Of a stretch of DNA of 64,000 nucleotides, positions 50,401-64,000 are shown one piece after another. The notes under the pieces are model-generated. The model had not been told where the DNA came from. It was given only the letters and a program-made list of their open reading frames with translations, and searched no databases. Position 1 is the stretch's first letter. The number at the start of each line of letters is the position of its first letter. The translations under genes were made by a program, and so were the position numbers. The DNA comes from Lobosporangium transversale (lineage: Eukaryota): assembly GCF_002105155.1 (NCBI RefSeq), contig NW_019028991.1, positions 248,001 to 312,000 on the forward strand, written 5' to 3'.

Positions 50401-52958
50401 GGCCCAGCCATGGTTCCCAGTGGCCCTAGTTATAATGACATCAACTATCAAGTTTGCACACTCGCTGGCTCCAAACCCGGCACTACTGTTGTTGATGGTT
50501 CTGATTACCTTTACGCCTCTTATCGCTACAAGACCTCCGAGATGGGTCTTGATATCCTTGCCGTTATTTTGTTTTGGCTTCTGTTTGTTTCTATCACCTG
50601 CTGGGCCATGGAGAAAATTGAATTCGGGAAGGGTGGCTTCAGTACTAATATTTACAAGAAGGGTACTCATTTGAACAGCGTCGCGCCTGATAATGAAGAA
50701 AAGCTCACCGATGCCTCGGCCATAACTGTCAACAGTGCCTCAGCTGGGATTGGGAAGGGCAAAGCCCATAGTGATAAGGCCAGTTCCGCCCTCGAGATCA
50801 AGGACATGGCTAAAGGATCAACATTTACATGGGAGAACCTTGATTATGTTGTCCCGTACAAGTTCGACCCCTCAGGACAAAAACAGTTGCTCTGCAACGT
50901 TGCTGGCCTTGTCAAGCCTGGAACCATGACCGCCCTTATGGGTTCTTCAGGAGCAGGAAAGACTACACTTTTGGATGTACTTGCTCAACGCAAGAACATC
51001 GGCACTGTTACTGGAGACGTTGAGGTGAATGGTGAGCCCCTTCGCCGCGACTTTCAGCGTACGACTGGCTACTGTGAGCAGCTCGATGTGCACATTCCTG
51101 AGTCTACTGTGCGCGAGGCACTTCAATTTTCTGCATATCTGCGCCAGCCCGCTAATGTGTCTATAGCTGAGAAAGATGCCTACGTCGAAGAAATCATCAA
51201 AATCCTTGAGATGGAAAGCATTGCTGACGCCATCATCGGTACTACTGAGTCCGGTCTTGGTATTTCTGTTGAGGAGCGAAAGCGCTTGACTATTGGTGTG
51301 GAATTGGTCGCTAAACCGGAGCTGCTCTTCTTGGACGAGCCCACCTCTGGTTTGGATGCTCAAGCCTCATACAACATCATGCGTTTCATGCGCAAGCTGA
51401 CAGACCAGGGTCAAGCCATTCTTTGTACCATTCATCAACCTTCATCGCAGCTATTCGCGTTCTTTGATGACTTGCTTCTGTTAGCTAAAGGCGGAAAGAC
51501 TGTCTTCTTTGGCCACCTTGGTCAGGATTCGGAGCTTCTGATCAAGTACTTTGAAAAGAACGGTGCTCCTAAGTGTGCTTCCGATGCTAATCCTGCAGAA
51601 TACATTCTCGATGTCGTCAACGCTCGTCACGCTGGCCTCAATTGGCCCGAAATCTGGGAAGCTTCTCCTGAGAAGCAGGAGCTTTTGGCTGGCATCAAGG
51701 CTACTCGAAAGCATAACAGTGCTCCAGGCACATCTGGTTCGCATGGCCATGGTCACATTCGCCACCATCCAGAGCATGATGATACTCTCGAGTACGCATC
51801 GGATACTAAGACTCAGTTCAAGTATGTCTTTAAGCGCATGCAACGAACTTACTGGCGTCTACCCCAGTACAACTTTGGTCGTATTTTCATGATGATTGTT
51901 TTTGCGCTGTTGAACGGGTTCTCGTTCTTCCGCTTGGGTACGTCCAAGGTTGATCTGCAGTCTCGTGTCTTTGTCATTTTCCAGATTATGGTCATGACAG
52001 CTCTGCTTGTTAACATGGTTGAGCCCCGATTTCATATGGAACGCCAGTGGTTCTACCGTGAATTGGCCGGCAAATACTATGGCTGGAAGGCCTTCGCTTT
52101 CTCTATTCTCCTTGTTGAAATACCCTACGTCTTATTATCAGCTACGATTTTTTTCTTGGTCTTCTACTGGACAGTTGGATTTGTAACAGATTCGCTCTTG
52201 ACGTTCTACACATGGCTGCTCATAATTGTGTTCTGTTTATTCGCTATTACACTTGGACAAGCTATTGCAGCGTTTACGCCCACGACAACTGTTGCCGCAC
52301 TCCTGAATCCATTCATTTTCAGTACTCTCAACCTTTTCTGTGGTGTCATGATGGTTAGTGTTTTACTATTGTTATAAAAAGTATGTAGTTTTTTAGGAGT
52401 AAATTCTAACGGGGGGGTTTTTTTTTTAATGAAATCCAAACCACTAAGCCTTTTGGAAGCATGCCTCGGTTCTGGTCTTCTTGGATGTACTGGCTCGACC
52501 CTGTAAGTTTCGTTGAATGGTTAAGGATTCCATTGGCGATGATTGGAGTTATTTTCTTTATACTTACACAAACTCCTTTCTATTCTGTTGCTCCCTATTG
52601 CCTTTGTTTGCTTGAATAGTATCACTATGTGATTGAGGGACTAGTTACTGTGCAGCTGAATGGTGTGCGCGTTGAATGTAAGAATGATGAATACTCGGTC
52701 TTTAACACACCATCAGGCCAGGCATGTAGCCAATATGCTGCCGCATTCATGAAGACTGCAACTGGATATATTAACAACCCTGATGCTACGTCCAACTGCC
52801 AGTATTGTCAGTACAGCAAGGGTGAGGATTTTTACCATGGCCTTAACATGGATTACGGGCATCGTTGGAGAAATTTGGGTATTATGTGTATCTATCTTGT
52901 ATTTAATATTATTATGGTTATTATTGGTGTTCGCTTCGTAAGATGGAACCGTCGATAA
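47484..52958 (+). CDS. Full-length PDR-type ABCG multidrug transporter (Snq2-like, NBD-TMD-NBD-TMD)
   Basis: LVLGRPGAGCSTLL, RGVSGGERKRLSIAE, WDGSTRGLD, GSSGAGKTTLLDVLAQRK, GYCEQLD.H, ISVEERKRLTIGVEL, LDEPTSGLD, NPAEYIL, CQYCQYSKG; about 9 introns. Confidence 0.96.
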
Positions 52959-53334
52959 ACACTCTCCTTTAAACACAAATTAGACACATGTAACTAACAA
53001 TTAACACAAAATTAAATAAAGATTTGTTTTTTTTTATTGAATCATTCTACAAAAATGATTATAATGAGGATGACCGTGATTTATATTACTGCGTCTAGTG
53101 GCGGCAAGATCACACACACCGCCCAATCGTGATAATGTACAACCGGTATGGACTTCTTTTTTTTTTTTTTTTTTTTTTTTTTTGATGGTTGAGGATGAGA
53201 TTGAAGAATGCGTCATGGTAGATCAAATAGAAAAAAAAAAAAAAAAAAAACGAATAATGATGATAAAAAACAAAATGCCAATTGAGAAAAGAATGTGAAA
53301 AAGAAATACTTGTTTTTAAGAGAGACCAGTTTTC

Positions 53335-54767
53335 TTAAAAGGTGACCTTGGATCCTTGGAAAGAACCGAAGCCTCCACGGTTGGTAGAGCCACCACGACC
53401 GCCCCGGGGGCCACCACGACCACCACCACCACGGGGACCACCACGGCCACCACGGCCACCACGGGCGCCACCACGACCGCCACGGCCACCACCACCACCA
53501 CCCTCAGAACGCTCAGGCTTCTTTCCGGCAAAATCGAGACGGCAGGGACGACCAGCGAGGTCAGAGCCATTCCAGGCAATGGCAGCCTTGGCCTCTTCAA
53601 TTGTCTTGAACTGAATGTAACCGAATCCCTTGGGCTGACCAGTCTCACGATCAGTGGGAAGACGGACAGAGATGATCTCACCACACTCAGCAAAGGCGCT
53701 GCGGAGATCATCCTCAGTGGCAGAAAAGCTCAAATTACCGACGAAGAGAGTATCAGAAGCCTCGCCCTGGGGAGTGTTGTTATTGAAAGACTTTGCCTCC
53801 TTCTTGGGACGACCTTCAGAAATATCGACACGGATGGGACGGCCATCAATTTCCTTTCCAGCAAGGGCCAAAGCGGCTTTGGCACCCTCGGCATTAGCAA
53901 ACTCGACATAACCATAGCTGTAGCGTTAAATTAAAACAAAAGTATTTCAATTGGCTGTTAGAATAGATGTTACATCTGTTTGCATTTCAACAACCGTAAT
54001 TTAAACATAAATGAAGCATACCCTTTAGATCTTTGGGAATCACGATCGGTAATGACGCGAACATCAGCAATATCGCCACATCCCTCAAACTCCTGACGAA
54101 GCCAGTCATTATCAACGTTCCAGGAGAGACCACCAACGAAAACAGTAGTGGAAGCAGAGCTATCATCATTGGAAGGAGCAGCAGCGGTCTCAGTCTTGGC
54201 CTTCTTGACGACTGGGGCTTGTTCGGTATCGGCCTTTCGCTTCTTGTCATCCGAATCTGACTCTGCGTCCGAGTCGGAATCGGACGAAGAACTAGAGGAT
54301 TCAGAGGAGCTGGACTCAGAAGAGGAGCCATCCTCTTTGTCAACATCCATTTTGGTATCCTCCTCAGCCTCATCCTTCTCATCATCCGAATCAGAGTCAG
54401 AGCTTGAATCGGAATCAGATGAAGTCTCAGCCTTCTTTTCCGTCTTTTTGGGTTTCTCTTCTTGTTCCTTCTCATCATCAGAGTCAGAGTCAGAGTCAGA
54501 AGAGGACGATGAACTATCAGAATCAGAAGACTCTTTCTTTTCTACCTTCTTGACCTCCTTTTTGGTCACCTTCTTGATCTCCTTCTTCACCTCTTCCTTC
54601 TCAGACTCTGAATCAGAAGACTCGCTGTCCGAGGATGATGATGACGATGACGATGATGAGGAGGAGGAGGAAGAGTCAGAGTCAGAGGAGGCAGCCTTGA
54701 CGACCTTCTTCTCCTTTTTAGAAACCTTGTCGGCCTTGGTAACCTTGGAAGCGACAGCCTTTGCCAT
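53335..54767 (-). CDS. NSR1: Nucleolin homologue Nsr1/Gar2
   Basis: Ser/acidic and basic N-terminal blocks, two RRMs (VFVGGLSW..SKG|YGYVEF; LFVGNLSF..KGFGYIQF), RGG tail and C-terminal FQGSKVTF. Confidence 0.95.
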
Positions 54768-54977
54768 AGTGATTTATTTGATGATTAAAGAATTTAAAGA
54801 AAAAATAAAGAAGAAAAAAAGTGGTAAAGAAAAGGTAAAGGGAAAGGTAAGAGAATGGGGTGATGGTGGGAGTAAGAGGAGGAAGTAGATGTTGGAACGC
54901 AGGCAGTTGCTAGCCACTAAATTTTTTTTTTTTTTTTTTTTTTTGTTTACACAAAAAGATCCAATTGCTTGTCACAC

Positions 54978-54985
54978 CAGTCACA
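54978..54985. promoter_or_regulatory. Homol D-like box (CAGTCACA) upstream of NSR1
   Basis: Exact CAGTCACA about 210 bp upstream of the NSR1 ATG, followed by a CCCTACAACCTACCC Homol E-like stretch. Confidence 0.4.
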
Positions 54986-55517
54986 GGCACGTGCGTTCCC
55001 TACAACCTACCCAGGCACGTCAGTTCTAAAAAAGCTTTGATGGGCACCCAGTGACCATTTTGTAAAGATCATTCTGATTGGTTCTCTCATCCTTAAATAC
55101 AAAATCTATTAAGGCGGCAAAGAAGGGGGTTGAACATGTCTACAACCGACGGCCTAAAATGCAGATTGATTAGTTCTCAACGCTAATTGGCCAATTAAAA
55201 AAGGCAGATGATGACGTATTACACCAGTGTACATACTGTATCCCAACCAGTAGGATTTCGTATTGGTTTTGATAAGCATATTCACCATTCGCTCAAACAA
55301 CGTTATATTTTTCTATTCTCACCATTCACATTCAACTTTTAAGATACAACCATACAACATTACCATCACCTCTTTTTGTTTTTTTTCTTTTCTTTTCTTT
55401 TCTTTTACAGTTACTTATTGTAAGACCTTTTCTCATCTACAATGATCATTTCTTTGCTATCTAACTGATTTGAATTGATTAATAATCCTTGCAGTCTAGC
55501 ACAATCTTTCCCGCCAC

Positions 55518-55548
<31 letters not shown>

Positions 55549-56825
55549 ACCATATATCCGGCTATACTTGCAAAAATTTCTTCTCTTCTTTTTCTTCTCA
55601 TTGTCACCCCTTTCCATCAAGTACATTTCACTTTTATTCCCATTGAACCTTTTCCATCTTTTTTCTTTCCCCCTTGTTCCCTTATTTGTCCACGCAGTGC
55701 TTGTGCAGAACTTGATTTCGTCATATAGCCGCCTGTTAACGAGCTGCTCTTATTTTCTGAACATTTTTTTTTTTTTTTTAAAAACAAATCTTCATTACGG
55801 ACATTTCTTTCAAATTCACCGCTCACATTATACCAACTGCTTCCACCACTGGCGACTGTAATAGAACGCAATAGAAAAAAGAAAAAGGAAAAAAGAAGTT
55901 TACGTTAACTCGTTAATATCCTTTTTTGACGTGTAACTGTATGTTTTTATTATTGTTATTATTGTGGTGTCTATCCGATACTTGCTGTCCCTTGAATCAT
56001 TTGGGCTCTCTCTCTTTTCTCTCTCCTCCTTTTCCTTTCGGTCTTCAAGTGTACATCATACTTTGCTCTTCCCCCTTCCCCTTCAAGTGAATGTGTGCGG
56101 CGGTCGTTTTTCCCCAAACCCCCTTTTGTCCTTGTCTCTCTATTTTGTGCACTGACTGGAATCACTCGTCCAAAACCAAGAAGCTGACTGGTTTCAGTAA
56201 TAAGACTCACACATAAAACAGAAAAAAAAAAGTACACACTACATCGGAACGTACAACTTCCACTTTCTTTCTGACATTTATGCATTTCGCTTTGTTCTTT
56301 TTCATTGCTTTTGCATGTGAATCCTGTTTCTCCTTTACTTCTGTATGCCTTTTTTTTTTTCTTCTTCTGAGTAGCAATATTGTTTCTTGCCACGTTCAAT
56401 ACTTTCGTAGCTCACGAGGTATCGCTCCGTTTTCTCGCGGCAGAGGAGCGATAGCTCCTTTTCGGTCTTTTTATTTATTTACTTTGTTTATATAAAACTT
56501 CCCCATAGCCACGCTCCCGTCTATGATTCATCAGTGGCCAGAGTGAACATGAAAAATACACTAGTATCATAGTGAAATCTGATCCTTTCTTTGTCTCTCC
56601 TTGGAATGTTTGTCTTAGGCTATCATTCTTATGAAGCGAATCTAAAAGAAGTAAACGTAGTCAACAAAGGAAGAAAAACATTCAACCACTGAGTGGCATT
56701 ATTATAAAAATATTCATATCGGACTGGACTGTTCGGCTTGTCTTTCTCTCCAGTCCCATCAGCATTTTAAGCACAAATTTTACAAAAAAACGTCGCTCTT
56801 CAGATTTTGTTTTGAACAAAAAGTT

Positions 56826-58946
56826 ATGACTACCGTTGGATCACTGTCAAGAGATCTTGCCCCTGGCAATGAAGTGTCGGGCAAATCTTCCATCAGTAAG
56901 TGGAGGAAAAAAGGGAAAGAAATAAATGACCTTTGGGTTTTTGGCATCTATCCAAATTCTACGCACGGGGCATCTGACGGCATTGGACACAGAGATTTTC
57001 TCTTCTAACATGCTGCCCAAATTTTTGACCTTTATTCCTTGCACAGACTTGCCTCCCTCACCAACCAACTCTGTTCCATATATCATCGCCACATCTGCTG
57101 ATGATGACAAGGCCAAAAAACCAGTGGTTGCCCCAATTAATGGTGGAAGTCCCATGAGATACCTACAGCAATGTTCTAACAAACTGGATATGGAACCTAA
57201 TCCGTTTGAGCAGAGCTTTGCCACAGGTTCACAAAAAGGAGGATCATCCAATGCAATAGTGACATCAACAGCAGCTACTACAAGCACAACTACATCTACA
57301 ACAGCGAATGGGAGCTCGGAACCAAATGCTGAAACACCAAAGCCTGTACTTCCACCCATCGAGGCAATGTCCGGACGATTGGCACCGGGAACAGATCAAT
57401 TTGGGTGGGATGCACAGTCCCTAAGGATGGGACCTCTCTCTCCATCCATGTTGGAAGGTCCTCAGAACCCGATTGTGTTTGATGAAAAGACCACACAAAA
57501 TCCGTTGCCACTGGGGTCGTTTCCCCCACCGTCATCCTCCATCTCTAACATTTTCACCTCAGGTGCACCTCTTGCTGACAATGGACTACCATTTGTTGGT
57601 GCCCCTGGACCTTTACCTGTGCCTGCAGTGGCTCTCCATACTTCAGAGCCATATTCTTCTTCAACCTATAACCCATCACACTCTCTGACATCACACCAGC
57701 AACAATCTTCACAACACCAAGGAGGAGGAGGACCAGGGTCGCGGCCGTCTCAGAACTATAGTAATCAGAATAACCATGCACCGTCCATGAATGATAGTTA
57801 TAATATGTCATCACAAGGGCCTCAACATGTGGATAATATGAACGGTTATGGAAATCTGCATCTTTTAAGTCAAGCTCAAGCGACTCATAGGGAGATGTGG
57901 GTCAAGAGGGAAGGTTCGGATGCAAATGGAAATGGTCCAAGTGGTCAACAGAATTTGCATCAACAGCATCATTCGCATGGTCCACCACCACCTCCGCCAC
58001 ACATAAGCTCTCAGTCTCGTGTCAATGCACATCCAACAAGTGGTCCTGCCCAGAGTGGTCAGAGCCTCCCGGGTATGCCAGGCATGGTCGCAGCTCCTCA
58101 ACTTCCCAAAAATGGAGTGGAACCAGCGTTCGTTCGTGGCGTGCGACGAAGCCGTATGACATCAGAGGATAATAGTGATGATTCTGAGCAATCTAAATCT
58201 GGCTATGGTGGTGAAGGAGCAACAAACAATAGCAATAATGATAATAATAATAGTAACACTAATGGCAGTGCCAAGAAGAAGCAGAACACTGGAACTGGCG
58301 ATGATAAAATGGATGAGGAGGAGAAGCGAAAGAACTTTTTAGAGCGTAATCGTCAAGGTAAGAATCAAATTAATAACTTACAGAGAGAAAAAATATATAG
58401 ATATAGTTGAGCTATTAAGCTAACCCACTTCTCTTCTTTTTTCTCTCCTTTGTGACATCAGCTGCGCTCAAATGCCGACAGCGTAAGAAACAGTGGTTGG
58501 CGAACTTGCAACAAAAAGTGGAGTACTTGACAACAGACAATGAACATCTTCAGAGCCAAACAGCGGCACTTCGTGATGAAATTATTCATCTCAAGGCGCT
58601 GTTACTGGCACACAAGGACTGTCCTATCGCACAAGCCAATGGGGTGTTTGCAGACACAATCAGTATGGTAAACCATGCTGGAATGATGGGACATGATCGT
58701 TCTGGTTACCCAATGCCACCGCAGCATGGCCGAGCAGGACCACCAGGACCACCGAGAAGCTCATTACCACCACCGCCACTGCACCATCAAGGTCACATGC
58801 CTGGTGGAGGAGGACCCAGGATGGGCCACCCACCAGTGTCTTCCTCAAATGGACCTCCTCCTGGACCTAGCAGGCCCATGTCTATGATGCAGGACATCAC
58901 CCCCAGTGCCTCACCGAGTCAAGGCCAAGTCAATGTGCGGTATTAG
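56826..58946 (+). CDS. ATF1: Atf1/Sko1-family bZIP transcription factor
   Basis: Introns 56896-57046 and 58358-58461; Aft1-type motifs LDMEPNPFEQSF and SLRMGPLSPSMLEGP; bZIP EEKRKNFLERNRQ|AALKCRQRKKQWL..LLAHKDCP. Confidence 0.93.
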
Positions 58947-59100
58947 AGACAAGAGGGCTATTTTTCAAACAACCGACAAAATTGACGTCGTCATTTTCAT
59001 GCTTGCAAAGCGACATAATCCTTATTTTTTACCTCCTCTTTCTTTCTCCCCACATTATCTCTCAGCATTCCATCGATAGTTCACTACAGCTTTATTTTTT

Positions 59101-59131
<31 letters not shown>

Positions 59132-59286
59132 ATTATTAACTCCCTCCGTGTACTCTATTCACTGCCATCCTATAGTGCCATCCTTACCATTCTTTATTAA
59201 AATGAAAAAGGTCGTCATCACAAAAAACAAAATTATATAAATAGAAGTATGTCTTTTTGCTCTACTTCTTGTAGTTTATTCAATAA

Positions 59287-62408
<3,122 letters not shown>

Positions 62409-63762
62409 AACGAGAACGAATTATGAGCAACGATGATTATTCTTATTTTATGTAGAAAGCACAACAGACAAGGGAAAATAGGCAGCAGCAGGCAGGTAGC
62501 AAGGTAGTAAGGTCGCAGTCTTTACGGTGTAAGCAAAGAAAGGGATAAAGAGGTAGAGGGAAAAAAATTGAAGTGCTGAAAAAGCTAAAATCAAAAATAG
62601 TGATGCAAGGAAAGAAGCTGGGGTGCGATGTGAGATAGATATTTCAAGTTGTATGATTCACTGTTTCTTGTTCTTGATTCTTTTTTTTTTCTTTTTTTTC
62701 TTTTTCTTTTCTTTTGTCTTGTTACGTTGAAGTCAGGCAGAAGCACGGCGATGAGCCTAGAAATGAATCAAGCGCTTCTCCGTTGGATCTTGCGTGCGTT
62801 TTGTTGATGTCAGAAGAGTAGTTTGATGAAAAGGGATTGATGTGGAAACGAGTCTTGAAAGGAGCCTCCGCAATTAAAAAGACTCTTAAGGGTACTACTG
62901 AACATCAATTGATCACCTGATTGTAGGAAATTTTCATTTCCTATACGTGTGAGAATCATTATCATATTATTTTATGTCTGGTATGCCTATTCATCTGAAG
63001 CTGAGCTATTTCCTTATTTGTAGATATATATATATTCTACATGTACAATCTAATAAGGAAGAGAGAATGTAATAGCTTCTGTAGACATCAACAATAAATG
63101 AACTCTATGCCATTTAGGCTCGATAACAAATAAAGGCGAGCAAATCTTCCTCTTCCAATCACTTAAAGCGATAGAAACCCGTATTTATTTCAATTCAAGA
63201 ATGTTTAGTATCCAATTGATTCCGGACCAATAACAATCCTGCAATGTAGTAACGCGACTTGCAGCATAATGAAGAGCATAAATGGGATATCTTTCCAATT
63301 GCTGATGTGATTACATAAAAAAATCGAAAGAAATGAAAGGCAAATTAATATCAATCAACACACCGAGTTGTTAATAACAGCTTTACAACTGAAGCTAATG
63401 TGTATAAACACAAAATTGGCTTTATTGCTGCACGGCGCAACTTTCCTTTGAAAGCATCGGTTGCTACTTTAGGATCTTTCTCTTCTTATGAAATGCGTGT
63501 AATCTGTATTGTTTCGATTTCTATGCTCATTCATAAAGTGCTCACATTCAACAAACATACATTGAGACACGAATTAAAAAATTGCTCTCGTCTAACAAGT
63601 CTTCCGCCATTTTGATCTCCACATGCCGTGTCTTGTCGTGCACCTTCATTAAGATGCTTTATTTCTAATAAGACACCAAGAACAATAACGGAAGAACTAG
63701 ATTAGTGTTAATCAATATAAGGAAAATAGTAGTTGGCAGCCAAGATTTCCTTCGTTCAATCT

Positions 63763-63794
<32 letters not shown>

Positions 63795-64000
63795 TAAATA
63801 AATAAATATCAGCACTTTTCTTCTTCTTCTTCTTCCACTCTTCCTCAATACGAAAGTAGCCTTCGATCTTGACATTCTCCATATATCTCCCCAGCTTCTA
63901 ACGCAAAGGCCTGTAACACATTTCTTTGGTTATACTTGTTTCATTCCTTTTTTCTCTCACTGTCGCTTTAATTCAATTTTCCTTTTTCACGCATAAAAAA

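Noticed and set aside
53342..54888. Long + strand ORFs antisense to NSR1 (Thr-rich, Pro/Arg-rich, Ser/Glu-rich)
   Set aside because: Shadows of the low-complexity RGG and Ser/acidic codons of NSR1.
56870..56890. Possible GC-AG donor in ATF1 exon 1
   Set aside because: A canonical in-phase GTAAGT donor at 56896 explains the junction.

Overview
Intron-rich, AT-rich fungal genomic DNA with very frequent long A/T homopolymers. Gene content and style suggest an early-diverging fungus (Mucoromycota, possibly Mortierellaceae; inference). About 17 spliced protein-coding genes are recognisable: a Dal5-like MFS transporter (5'-truncated), a Cid1-type terminal uridylyltransferase, RPS11, RPB3, GWT1, BEM1/scd2, NAA40, a RasGEF, two ATF/CREB bZIPs, YPD1, WDR91, BRX1, COX13, a PDR-type ABCG transporter, NSR1/nucleolin and PRP4 kinase. 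There is also one orphan ORF. The best non-obvious observations are: a box C/D snoRNA (snR64/SNORD74-like) hidden in BRX1 intron 1; a bZIP with an animal ATF2-like 'PTPTRFL...NPF' MAPK phosphoswitch motif, sitting next to YPD1; 3' splice sites preceded by 30-32 nt poly(A); a highly structured 774-nt RPS11 intron; and a candidate H/ACA-like RNA in an 8-kb gene desert. No tRNA, rRNA, CRISPR array or intact transposon was seen. Exon boundaries were inferred by eye from GT-AG signals and protein continuity.
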